DNA from: Chrysomallon squamiferum
Lineage: Eukaryota > Animalia > Mollusca
Assembly: GCA_012295275.1 (NCBI GenBank)
Contig: CM022667.1
Span: forward strand, 12,090,001 to 12,154,000
Length of the DNA: 64,000 bases
Reading direction: 5' to 3'
The position numbers and the translations under genes are program-made. A model generated the notes under the pieces. The model was not told where the DNA came from. It saw nothing but the letters and a program-made list of their open reading frames with translations, and ran no database searches. Shown here piece by piece: positions 29,201 through 42,206 of this stretch. The stretch's first letter is position 1. Each line of letters starts with the position of its first letter.

Positions 29201-29528
29201 ATTTTGGAGTGTCTCTTTGCAGCTAGTTTATTTTTATACTCGTAACATTTTTTTTTTTTTTTTTTAAATAATTTATTTATTTATGATATCTTTTATTTTT
29301 TTTTTCTGATTTTATTTTTTTTATTTGTTGTTATCATCATCTCATGACAACCTTCTCAAATGTAACAACATTCTCACGTCGTTGAAGACGTCGCTGTTGA
29401 CTGGGATTAAAACACACAGAACAGCCAAGACGACAGGGATTTTCTCCCTTAGATAGTATTTTTTTGTGTGAGCGGGATTTTTCGATCTCGCACTTGTTAG
29501 TTGTATTTTATATACGGTGTTTGGGACA

Positions 29529-29585
29529 ATGGCCTACGCCCATCTCGCGTTTCCAGCGAGTACAACAAATCTACCGTCATCTCAG
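29529..29585 (+). CDS. Irx: Iroquois homeobox gene, coding exon 1 (MAYAHLAFPASTTNLPSSQ)
   Basis: ATG at 29529 in strong Kozak context (acaATGG); 57 nt ending CAG|gtaaat, phase 0, matching the phase-0 exon 2 acceptor. A short first exon ending in Gln resembles other Irx N-termini. A CCAAT-rich promoter lies upstream. Confidence 0.8.
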
Positions 29586-29803
29586 GTAAATATATTTCAT
29601 TTTTCAAAATACGTGTACGTATGTATATATATATGTGTGTGTGTCAACAGTCTTGTATGTGCCTGTTTCAGCGTTACGACGAACTCGAAACAGAATGCTT
29701 GTATGAAATGTTTTTACCGTAACGTTAATTTCAGCGTGATTATAATTGTGGTGTACTAGTGTGAATTTTCTGAAAGCTCTGAGAATGTTTTTATATCTAG
29801 TGA

Positions 29804-29864
<61 letters not shown>

Positions 29865-29894
29865 TGTTTTGTTTTTTTAAAGCCACGTTCTTGT

Positions 29895-30390
29895 TTATTC
29901 TGGTAGCTATGTAATTGTTTGTCTCTTGAATTATGGAATAGTTATTTAACTGTTTAATCGGAGCAATTCGGATAGTTGTGTTATTGCATACTATGAGTTT
30001 TCGAATAGCTATGTTATTCTAAAGTGATATATTTGAATGTTTATATAATTATATAGTGTGAATTATGAAACAGTTATACGTCTGTATAAATTGAGGTTTT
30101 TGGGGGGGATAGCGATATAATTGTGTACAATTAATTTTTTGAATAGATTTGTGACTGAAAATCATTCGAATAGCTTAGTATGAAATATAACACACAACAT
30201 GCTTAAAGCCTCTTTGTTAACGAGTGACATTTATTTAGACAGCTTTTTAGAATTTTGTTTTAATGATTTGTGTGTGTGAATGATTAGACAAAGAAATTAA
30301 ATAGCTATTTTAACGAATCTGTATCGTGAAGTTTTTAACTAGCTGCATGAATGACTGAGCAGTTCAGTAGCCTTTCAATAGCTTCATCAA
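29895..30390 (+). repeat. Decayed ~33-bp minisatellite in Irx intron 1
   Basis: A (C/G)GAATAG(C/T)T-like core recurs near 29905, 29937, 29971, 30003, 30070, 30108, 30141, 30168, 30238, 30299, 30338, 30377, mostly spaced 27-39 bp or about double that. Confidence 0.6.
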
Positions 30391-31337
30391 ATAATTTCAT
30401 GACGTAAAAATAAAAGAAATAATCGTTTACACGGGTGTTAGATTCAGGGTCTTCGATTTGTACATTTTCATAGGTTACATTTAACACTACATTCACCATT
30501 TGTTGTATATAATTATATTTATTTATATAATTATCGTAATGATTTATTTGTTTGTATATTACGTGTGTGTTTGTGTTTGTGTGTGTGTGTGTGTTTGTGT
30601 GTAATTAGTTATGCACACATACATGCACAGATACATTTGCATGCGTATATACATGCTTATAGTAATTTCATACTCGTAGAAACATTGTTAGATATGCTTC
30701 CATTTACACATCTAATATATACAGAGATAAATTTGATTATAGCAAAGTGAGTAATGTTTTTGTATATGTTGGTGTTTTATTATTTTACTGTGTGTCTACT
30801 CTGTCTTTCTCTCTCTCTCACACACATACACACAAACACACACACACACAAAAACACCTATATGTTTATATATACATATTAGTAAATAACTTAAAACATT
30901 GAAAATTTATTAAGTAAGTTTCACTTTTTATGGAATGTTTAACTTAAAGTAAAGTTTACTACATGTTACAACATACATAATTATCTACATCCATCAAAAG
31001 ACAAACTGTTCAAAGATTTACAAGTTATAACATTAGACCTGTCCAGATATGATCTAATAAGAATAATAATAATAATGATGATAATAATAAAATAAGAATA
31101 ATAATAATAAAAAATAAAGAAAGAAATAATAACAAACAAAAAAGGTTCAAAGAAAAAATGAAAGAAAGCAAAAAAAAATAGAAAGCAAAAAAAGGAAAGA
31201 AATGTTGAAGTAAAAAAATAGAAAGCAAAAAAAGATTGAAAGAGAAACAAATAGGGAAAAGAGAAGAAACAATGGAAAGATAAAAAAATAAAAATAAATA
31301 AATAAATAAATAAAGACAGAAAGAATGAATGAATGAA

Positions 31338-31388
<51 letters not shown>

Positions 31389-31573
31389 TATTAAAAATAA
31401 CAAAAATAAAAATAAAAATCACTAAAAGTCACCTATTAAACAGAAAAAACAACAACAACAAATCTCTTTAATCAGACCATCCCTCTATCATTTTCATTTC
31501 CTTTTTATTTCTTCTCCCAAAACACCCCTCCTCTAAAAAAAACCAGTCTCATTCTCTTCCCTTCCTTTCACAG

Positions 31574-31813
31574 ATGCCAAGCTCCAGCAGCACCCCGACC
31601 CCTCGGGCCTGTTGTGAAAACGGCCGCCCCATCATGACAGACCCCCACACGGGACAAACGATCTGCTCGTGCCAGTACAGCTCGGCTCTGCTGAACTATC
31701 AGCGGCTTCCAGGTTTCACCTCTAACCTCCTGGGTGCGGCAGGATACGGAGGGAATCCTTCGCAAGGATACGTGTCCCTCGGGTCGGAAGGATCCGCCTT
31801 TTACAGTCCCCTG
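31574..31813 (+). CDS. Irx: Iroquois coding exon 2 with the Cys-rich IRO-A motif (CCENGRPIMTDPHTGQTICSCQY, 31610-31678)
   Basis: Long polypyrimidine tract then cacag acceptor; donor CTG|gtaagt; 240 nt, phase 0/0. The motif is nearly identical to the CCENGRPIMTDPxxGQTxCSCQY of Drosophila Araucan/Caupolican. Exon ends in the Irx-typical SAFY segment. Confidence 0.95.
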
Positions 31814-32005
31814 GTAAGTAACTGAAAACTTTTTTTTTTTTTTTTAAATTTCTTCTTTTTTTTTTAGTGTTACTGTGTATTTTTATTTATTTATTTGGTT
31901 ATTTGTTTATTTGTTTATTTGTTTATTTATTTAATTGTTTATTTATTTATTTATTAATGTTTAGGGAATTCAGTGTGAAACTGCTCTTTAACCAAATACA
32001 TGCAA

Positions 32006-32040
<35 letters not shown>

Positions 32041-32707
32041 GAAATAATAATAATGATACTGATAATGATGATGATGATTAGAAAAAGAAGAAAACAAAGA
32101 AATTAGAATGAATAATAAATAAATAAGTAAATAAATAAAAAAGAATAATAAATAAACAAATAAATAAATAAAATAAAATGAAATAAAACCAAATAAAATA
32201 AAATAATAAAATAAAACAAAACAAAATAAATAAAAATAATAATAATAATAATGAAACATAAATAAGTAAATAACAAAAGAAAGAAAAAAGAAAAGTGAAA
32301 AAAAAAAAAAGGAAGAAGAAGAAGAAGAAAACAGAAAAGAAAGGAAGGTTCGGGCAATTAATCATGAACGGATTTTATATTATCATCGGTAAAACAATTT
32401 TTTTTTTTTTGTTTCGCTCGTTTTTATGTTTTTTCTCCGTATGCATGGTGACCGGAGGTCTGGCTAGGCAGGGCGGATTTCTAGCTGGAGTGTAACTAAT
32501 GTCTGCGTGCTCGAGCTGTTTGTTTATTTTTATTTCTCTGTACTCCATTGAGAAGCGCAATGCATGTCAGTGATATTTCGTAGGCGGGAATGTTAGAGCC
32601 GCGCCGAGGGCAAGTTTTGTCAGAGGGAAGGAAAGTCGTACCATTTTGATATACGATAAATAACATGTATTTGTGAGTCTCTGTGTGTGAGAGCAAGAGA
32701 GAGAGAG

Positions 32708-32751
<44 letters not shown>

Positions 32752-32962
32752 CAAGAGAGAGAGTGTATGTGTATGAGTGAGGGAGGAGAGAGAGAGAGGG
32801 GGGGTGGAGGGTGTGTGTGTATCAGAAGTTTTACAGTTCAGATCATTTTAGCGTAAGTAAAATTAAAATGATTATCCTTTAAGTTTACACACAGATCTTT
32901 AACATTTTCTTTCTGTTCTTCTTCATATTCTTCTTTTTCTTTTTCTTCTTCTTCTTCTTTTG

Positions 32963-33007
<45 letters not shown>

Positions 33008-33293
33008 GTTTATTATTTTGATTATTATATTATTATTAGCTGTATTATAATTATTTAAAGATCTGCAAAGATTTATTTTAAATTAAAGAAAATACGAAGA
33101 TATTTTTATTTTAATTTTTATTAAGATCTGTAATAAAATATATACTGGAAGTACGCATATCAGAATATAAAGAAAGTAAATTAACTAATTAATTATAGAA
33201 AAAAGAAAGAAAGAAAGAAAGAAAGTAAGAAAATATGAATAAATAAATAAAGAACAATAAAAAAATTAAATAAAGGGAAAATGGAAAAAGAAA

Positions 33294-33340
<47 letters not shown>

Positions 33341-34640
33341 AAACATGAATGATGAAACAACAAAATAAAAATAAAATAAAAATTATAAATAATAACTAAA
33401 ACTGACATAACACATTTATATATATACATATATATTCTGTTACTTAGTAAAATGTTGTTTCCATCAGTTTTTCTCACCATTTAATAACGTCATCAAAACA
33501 ACATTTCCTTTTCCTTGTAAGCTTATCTGAGAAACATCCATTTTTGTCTTACAACGCGAAGCTTCTAAAATAACACATTTCTAAATAATTATTTATACTT
33601 TTTCTTTCACACACATGTGTATATATATATATATATATATATATTTGAAACCCGTGACACGGTGTATATATATTACACATATTTTCTTATTTTATTTCTG
33701 GAACGGCTAAGAAAAAAGAGATTTATCGACTCGGAAAGTGTTTGTCTAAATATTATCGTCGTTTACTTGTTAGCTAAACACGCTGATAACAGCGCGCCGA
33801 GGGTTCTCAGTTTTAAATGCGCTAGAGTTTCAATTTAATCGCGCCGTACAGATAGCGTTGTCCGCAGTGGGTCTACGGTTCCCGGCAAAATAGCCAAGAC
33901 AGCCGAGCCCCGCGTTAACGAGAAAATTTACGGGATTTCGTTTGTTTAAAAAAAAAAAAAAAAAAAAAAAAAGTTAATAAATTAATTTAAAAAAAATAAA
34001 GAAATAAAATTAAATAAAAATTTAAAAAAAAAAAAGTAAGAAAGAAAGAGAAGAAAAAGAAAGAGAAAACGATGAAATTATTATTTTTTTTTTTATTTCT
34101 TCTGTAGTTGTTGAACTTTTATTAAATGTGCAGAAAAAAACCCTGAGATATTGAGAAAAAAAAAAAAAACATGTGAATGAAATAGTTAATAGAGAAAAAG
34201 AGATACAGCAAAGTATGAAAACCGGAGACAGAAAAAGAGAATTAAATATCTGTTAATACCTTATAATCATCACACATACACAAAAAAAAAAAAAACGGAC
34301 ACACACAAAAACATTACACATTGATTATCTAAAGAAATCCTAGCGAACAATGAATCAACTCTGTATAACCCATCCACACACAAACAACATTATTGTTGTT
34401 TTGTCCTACTTTTATAAAAAAATGTATTCCTAACTCCTTCATTCGACACCAGACGTATGACCTCCCTTTAAGCCACCTCTTCAGCGTCTTGAGTTAACGA
34501 AATCTCTGCAGCGAAAACCTATCAGATTTTTCGGGTTATTAAATAAATTCACCATATCAGTGAAATTTTCTGGAATATTAAAACAGAGGGTACTTTTTTT
34601 TTTTTTTTTTATTTTTTTTTTTTCACACACACACACACAA

Positions 34641-34697
<57 letters not shown>

Positions 34698-35007
34698 TTT
34701 CTTTTCTTTTCTCAGGTTTTACTACTTAGAATTTTTTTGTTGTTTTGTACACCGTTTATGTGAGAAATATAGTCATAATATTGCGGTTTATTTGTCTACT
34801 GGCGGTAGAGATTCTCGTGGGTGGGGTTTGTCAGTGGTGGCCTCTCTTTGAAGTGATCGAATTTATGGCTGCCCCCTAACACTGTAATGTAGAGGTTAGC
34901 TGCATGGGTTCGGGTGTTGAGAGGGGAAAGTGAGATCTTTATTATTTCCGTTTTACCGCGATGGAAAAGTCGACTGAATTATTTATATTCGAGAGAAAAT
35001 AAATATA

Positions 35008-35042
<35 letters not shown>

Positions 35043-35209
35043 ACAAATAAACAAATAAATAAATAAATAGATAAACAAAAAAACAAACAAACAAACAAAC
35101 AAACAAACAAACAAATAAATAAATAAATAAATAAATAAACAAATAAATAAATAAAACAATATATGCATACATAAATATGTAGTTTTACAACAGTTCATAA
35201 TAATATTTA

Positions 35210-35260
<51 letters not shown>

Positions 35261-35979
35261 GTTTTGTTTTTTTCGAATATTAAATTTAATCTAGAGTTTA
35301 TATGATGAACATTTCTGATTCTTTTGTCTCTGTGTTAGTCCTTATGCACGTACGTTTGAATGTAAAGTATGTATGTAAAATATATCTGAATGTATATACA
35401 TGTATATATGCTTTAAAGTATTGATATAGCTATGCTTACGACTATATGCTGTATTCACTTGCATACTCTATTCAGTTAGCTACAAATTAAAGTTTATTTT
35501 ATATTAAATGTGTATTTCTCTGAGGTCAGCTGTATAAATACATCTTTGTAAAATATTGAAAAGATAGAAACAAAAAAATACCACAACGGGAAAATGAATC
35601 GAGGTAAAAAAAATCAACAACAAAAAAAACAACAACAACAACAACAACAAACAAACAGAGAAATTGGTGATTTAATAACGTCAAAAAAAAATAAATTTTA
35701 TTATAATAATAATAAAGAAAGTAAGAATGAAATGTATTTATATTTTCTGATACCTTTACAAGACAAACTATATATATATATATATTTTAAAAAAGAAATC
35801 AATATTCATATCATACAGTTAATATCTACATATACTCACTAATAAAAAAAATAAAAATCGGAGAACGAACCCAAAATAAAATAAAAATAATAAAAAGATA
35901 AAAATAAAATAGAAATAATTGTAAAGACAAAATGAAGAACAAATATTATACGATATACGATAGAAATATTAATATATAT

Positions 35980-36040
35980 ATTGTACGATATAGATAATAT
36001 TACATAAAACAGATAAATCAGAGATAACAAATATCGTTTG

Positions 36041-36086
<46 letters not shown>

Positions 36087-36182
36087 CATACATACATACA
36101 TACACATATATATATACATACATTGTACGATATAGATAATATTACATAAAACAGATAAATCAGAGATAACAAATATCGTGTG

Positions 36183-36216
<34 letters not shown>

Positions 36217-36270
36217 ACGATATAGATAATATTACATAAAACAGATAAATCAGAGATAACAAATATATCG
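35980..36270 (+). repeat. Three near-identical ~55-bp copies separated by (TA)n/(CATA)n
   Basis: ATTGTACGATATAGATAATATTACATAAAACAGATAAATCAGAGATAACAAATAT starts near 35980, 36122 and 36212. Confidence 0.95.
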
Positions 36271-36349
36271 CGTGAGGTGAAATAAATTATAACACGCCGG
36301 ATGATATTGTTTTATTTATTTATTTATATTTTCTTTCTGTTTTTTTCAG

Positions 36350-36459
36350 GGTTCCACTGGCGGCTCGGTGAGGGAAACTGCCGAGGCGTGGCGCTCTTTG
36401 ACCCAGCCTGCCTTTTCTTACGATCCATCGGCGATGAGTTTTTATCCTTACGGCGCCAG
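36350..36459 (+). CDS. Irx: Iroquois coding exon 3 (GSTGGSVRETAEAWRSLTQPAFSYDPSAMSFYPYGA)
   Basis: ttttttcag acceptor, AG|gtaata donor, 110 nt, phase 0/2. Open in the frame set by exon 2; AG+C gives Ser in frame with exon 4. FYPYG resembles the YPY segment before Irx homeodomains. The ORF track shows this stretch only in a different frame. Confidence 0.88.
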
Positions 36460-36768
36460 GTAATAATCGATTATCGTTACTGAAATATACAACATGAAAT
36501 GTGACACACAGAGACACACACATATTTCATGTATAAATCAATTTCACGTGTTTGTTTTTGCGGATATATTGTTTGTTTGTTAGCGTCGTTAAAGGTGTTA
36601 TGTGTTTGTTTTTTTTGTTTGTTTTTTTGTCGATGTTTAGCTGAATGGTTTATTTATTTATTTGTTTGTTTGTTTGTTTAGTTATTTATTTTGTTGTTAG
36701 TTTATTTATAAAAAAAATAGTTTTCACTGTCGATGAAAATCAAAACTACAACAGCGATAGTAGTCTTT

Positions 36769-36803
<35 letters not shown>

Positions 36804-36842
36804 TTCATCATAGTTAATTATAATATGTATCATTCACTGTTA

Positions 36843-36877
<35 letters not shown>

Positions 36878-37529
36878 AATTATCTCTACTAAAAATAAAA
36901 ATTTACCACACTCATATAAACCACACTTGTATCAAAACAATATTTAATCTGACCGAAAAAACCAGCCTATAAATTTATTTTATCCGTTCCCATCCTTAAA
37001 AAAAATATATATATTAAAAATATTAAAAAGAAATTCCAGCCCGGATAGACAAATAACTCGCACAGCAGAAACTGTCGCGTTATCGCACGAGGTTATAGCA
37101 GTGTTCACGATACTGCCTACAGAGTGGACACTAAATTACACATAACAAGATGTTTTCTCGTTAACTAAGCTGAAATATCAGTCGTTTATGAGTTCACCAG
37201 TTCATTTTGGATCACCTTTCACATGTCCCTGTCAATCAAAGTGGATTTAAAGATGGCGCTGGTGACATCACATCCGCTCTCGTGTGATACTTCAGATCTG
37301 GGCTTTGACGACACGATTCTGTAGAGCCTGGAAAATAAGCTTGTAATTATTGCACGCGGCTGTGTTCTTATAAAGGCGCAATGTTGTTGAAATACTCAGT
37401 TATTTTATTATTTTTTTTTTTTTTGTAGTTTAGAATATGTTATTATATGGTATTTAGTTTTTAAAAATTTTATTTTTATTTATTTTATTTTATGTTATTT
37501 TATTTATTTATTTATTTATTTATTTATGA

Positions 37530-37589
<60 letters not shown>

Positions 37590-38875
37590 TCAATTAAACA
37601 GAAATGAGGACGTTTGTTTGATTTTTATAATCAGTTTAGACAAAGTGTTTTATTTATTTGTGTGTGTGTGTGTGAATATTTATTTATTTATTTATTTTCA
37701 TTTAAATGTTTATTTCTCCTAATTTCATATCGTTTCTTTTTCTTCTTCTGTTTAATCACCAACTTCAGAAATTATAAACTGAGGCGGAAAATATTATTTT
37801 AAGAAATGGAATTATCTAAGTCTTTTAATTTTAGACTACTGCACTGAATAAGAAACATAATTTCCTTATCGCTTTAAATGCTATTTCCATTAGTTTTCTG
37901 ACATTTAATAACTTCATCATTCCTTTTTTTCTCTCTCTCTCTTTTCTTTCTCTCTTATTTTTCTTTCTTTCCCTTCGACATTTATTTCACCTGTCATTTA
38001 CTTTCTTTCTTTCACTCTTTTTTGCTTACACTTTATTTACGTTCTCATAATTATGTCTTTGTTAATAAAACCCCTCGTACATGATCTTTTTTTTTTCTTT
38101 TCATTTTCCTTTCCTCTGTGGCTTTCGCTCTTGTCAAGTGAAAGATTTCCTAGTGCATATTAATAAATCTGACATATGTTACACACGTCATACAGTAATA
38201 TAGATAAACATGCTTCAAATAACCGGATAACGGTATTATCTATCATAAGTTATTAAAATAGTTCAGTAGATAACGCCTTGTTACCCACCCCACCCAGTGA
38301 CTGCCCTTGAATATAATATAACATGTAAATATACACAGTAACATGAAATAGATGCTTCTAAAACAAGAGTGGTAAATGTTATTTTCTTTTAGAATATCTA
38401 AGGTCCATTTTCTTTTTTTTTCTTTTTTTTTTTTTTAATGACTGTAAAATATATTTCTTCTTCTTTTTTTTTTCTTCTTATTTCTCATGTTGTTGTTGAT
38501 GTTTTGTTTGTTGTTGTTGTTGTTGTTTTTCTGCTTATTGTTCTTATTCCTATTATTTTTCTTATTATTAGTAATAATATACTGAATTTCTTGTTGTTGT
38601 TTTTTTCAAATTCTGGATTTATTGTTAATTATATTATCCAAAAAATCTAGAGTGCATTTATATGTATTTCAAAGATATTAAACTTTTTAATTTTATTTTT
38701 ATATATTTTATATATTTTACACAATAAATGGTGATTTAAATTTTAATTTAACTGTAATTCTGACAATAAAACAGAATATCTGAGTAAAACATAATTTCTA
38801 GGCTCTATTATTCTCTAAAACATCTTATTTTACTATATGCACTAATATAACATGATAAGTAAGCTGAGGAAAAAA

Positions 38876-38906
<31 letters not shown>

Positions 38907-40289
38907 ACAACGAGACAACAAAAAAAGAATAAAATAACAAATAATCTATAAATCTAATAATGAAGCAGATAACAACAATTTAAAAAAAAAAAAAAAAAAA
39001 AAATCTTGTTTCATAATTTACACAATTAAGTGAAATTAATTTCCAAAATGGAAAAACTCTCTCCGCAATTACTTCCAAATTTTGATCATGAAATGGCACA
39101 AAACTTTTTCAACGATGTCGGTGTAATTAAAGCTATGTTAAATCTTGCGAACACAATTTTAACTGCCTTTTTTCTCCCAGTACCCGCATCCTGATACATT
39201 ATCGTTTTAAAACCGTTGACTGGGACAACAATGTATTCTCGTGTGTTTTTTTTATTAAAGTGATAAACAATACCGTTATGTAGCCAGGGTGTCAGTTTCA
39301 TTTTTTTTTTTTTTTTTTTTTTTTTCAATCGTTTTTTTTTTTTTTTTTGGTTTCTTCTTCTTCTTTGTTTTTTTTTTTTTTTTTTAAATTTCTTCGCTTT
39401 TTTTCTCTTTCGTTCTTTCATATTTTCTTTTTCATTTTCGTTTTATCAGGACTGTTGTTGCTGCTGTTGTTCGTGTTATTATTTATTATTGATGACATGG
39501 GGGTTCCTGTTTTCTTGTTGATGTAAAAATAATACTAATTAACAGTTTGTGTTATTATTCTAAAGCTATTAACAGCGGTGTCTATTTCAACGTGTGTCGT
39601 ATTAACGCTAAGAAATTGACTATGAAATTAACTCTCGCAAGCACACATAAACACAAAATGAAATATAAAAGAAGAAAGAGAGAGAGAGAAAGAAAGAAAA
39701 AAACACGAATGGAAATTACACATGTTACAGATAATGAGATAATTTTATATGAGTTAATTTATTTATCTTGTTATTTTTAAAGTTACGATTATTAGAATCA
39801 ATTATTGTTATCATTAAAACCAAAACTAAAATGAAAGTTAAGAATTGATTAGTGTAATTAACGAAGAGCTCTTGAACAAAGCAAAACAAAGCAAAATAAA
39901 ATAGAATCTAATTTTATTATAAATTATCATAATATTAATAAACTGTTAGCGTTTCTTTTTTTTTTTTTGTAATCAAATCGTTTATGAAAAATTTAATAAT
40001 ATTAAAATAATGAAATATCGGTTGTAATGGAATACGGGTAATAGTAATATTGAAGCAGTGGTAGTGGCAATAGTAATAGCAGAGGTAATATTTATTTTAT
40101 TTATCATTAAAAACACATTAAAAACAAATTGTCTGGTGTTCTGATATCTAAATAAATTTATGTTATATTATATTATATTATATTATATTATATTATATTA
40201 TATTATATTATATTATATTGCGTTGTATTGTATTATAATAATCACCTTATAGTTATTATGTGATATTATATCTTGTTTTATTTATTTTG

Positions 40290-40324
<35 letters not shown>

Positions 40325-40477
40325 ATACATAAAAAATCACAAAAATAAATTAAAAATAAATAAGTAAATAAAAATAAATAATAAAATAATAAAAATTAAA
40401 ATAATACATGTTTATCGTGATTGTATTAAAAGTGATTATAATGTTTTTAAAAATAACATTTTTCTTTTTTGTCACAG

Positions 40478-40806
40478 CTACGGTGGCCTGGATTTGAACG
40501 CGAGACGTAAAAATGCGACACGAGAGAGCACCAACACACTGAAAGCCTGGTTGCAGGAACACATTAAAAATCCATACCCTACCAAGGGAGAAAAGATTAT
40601 GCTGGCCATAATTACGAAAATGACGTTGACGCAGGTGTCCACGTGGTTCGCCAACGCCAGGCGTCGTCTCAAGAAAGAGAACAAGATGACGTGGACGTCG
40701 AGAAACCGCGGAGAAGACGACGACGGCGATAATTCGGGTGAAGAAAACGAAGACAACGACGGCGTTGAAAAAAAGCTTGACGGCGAACTGAACGTAAAGA
40801 ATAATC
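40478..40806 (+). CDS. Irx: Iroquois coding exon 4: complete TALE homeodomain plus acidic region
   Basis: [64 protein letters not shown] is a diagnostic Irx homeodomain (PYP TALE loop, Ala50, KMTW extension), followed by [16 protein letters not shown]. Acceptor gtcacag, donor C|gtaagt (phase 2/1). Confidence 0.99.
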
Positions 40807-41739
40807 GTAAGTATTAAATTTATTTATTTATTTATTTATTTATTATTTTCTACAGTTACCTTTATTTACTCATGTATTTATATTATAATTTATTTATTTA
40901 TCTTACACAGTAGCAGCTATATAAAGGATTGATAATAGGTATATATAATTATTAAATAAAATTAAAAAAATTTCTGAAGTAAAAAGAATTTCGAAATCAA
41001 ATAGTTATTATTTAGGTATATCCCTATTCCACTGTTTCTTGTCTCCTTCGACTTTCTAACACTCTAACTTCAGTCTACACTGGCGAAACAACACAAACTC
41101 CCAACATCTCCATCAAACGTCCACATTGACAAAAGCCTGCTTTAAAACATGACATTATACTATTTTCCATCTCATCATGATCCACAGAAAATAATGACAA
41201 AAATTCGCATCAATCTTCAGTCTTTATTCAAAAAAAAAAAAAAAAAAAAAAAAACAGACTATACCCCCAATCCTTTCCGGCCAGTATTAGGACCTTCGAA
41301 AAATAAAATAATAAGCAATCCCTGACCACGATTTGCGTGCTTTAACATAAACGATCAAATCGATCGTCAACATCGAAGAAGCTGCAGAAGCGAGGGTTTT
41401 TTTTTTTTTTTTTTTTTTTTTTTCTCCAGAAGCTAACTGAAAAGTCACGGATCATTACAGTTTAGATGAGGGTTCACATCGCTCGCTAAAGACATCTTTT
41501 TTTGTGTTTGCCGGTTCACGGAGCACAAAAGATGAAGCGCTCCGTGTGGAGAAATTAAAGCCAATAATAACACTGACAAATAAAAACGGAATCGACTCTT
41601 CACAAGTAACACTGGCCCGCGCCGAGGAAAACGCCGATTCTGAAGCGCAAGCACAAAGGTTGCATTATTCCAATTATGAAAACAAGACCGACCGAGAGCG
41701 AATTTTGAAAACTTTCAAACTCAATTAAGAGGATCAAAA

Positions 41740-41945
41740 TTAAGCGACGCATGTAAAATGTTCTTGAATTTCACGCTCCGCTGACGTCAGCTGTGATTGT
41801 GACTTCTGTGACATGTCACTTGTGAAGTTGACCAGCATTCGCAGTAATTGATCTCTTCCCCCCCTCCCGCTCTTGACGATGTCGGGAGGGGAAATGAACA
41901 AGTCACGTGGTTTATATGAAATGAACATCGCAAGGACGCCCGTCA
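41740..41945. promoter_or_regulatory. Candidate intron-4 enhancer (CRE, TALE palindrome, E-box)
   Basis: GCTGACGTCAGC 41780-41791, GTGACATGTCAC 41808-41819, GTCACGTG 41902-41909. Confidence 0.45.
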
Positions 41946-42206
41946 GTTTTTTCTTTCCTTCTTTGTTTGTTTGTTTGTTTGTTTAATTATATTTCTCTTG
42001 TGACCGCTCAATAACTATGTGTTCAAATTAATTGACGATTTATATATTACTTATTTTATATATTATAATTATTAAAACTACTACTGTATTTACTACTAGT
42101 ACTGATTCTGTTCCTACTGGTGCACCTGCTGGATGTACTACTATTATTACTACTTCTACTGCTACTAGTTCTACTATTATTTATTTATCTATTTATTTAT
42201 TTTCAG

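Noticed and set aside
31574-31576. ATG at the start of exon 2 as the true initiation codon
   Set aside because: It directly follows a strong polypyrimidine-cacag acceptor, and a phase-compatible upstream exon with good Kozak context and promoter exists.
35980-36270. CRISPR-like repeat-spacer array
   Set aside because: Spacers are microsatellites, the context is a eukaryotic intron, and there are no cas genes.
40478-40756. Antisense ORFs over exons 2, 4 and 5
   Set aside because: Shadow frames of GC-rich coding sequence with no independent support.
42032-42206. N-terminal part of the 270-aa ORF
   Set aside because: Intronic (CTA)n low-complexity read-through upstream of the acceptor at 42205-42206.
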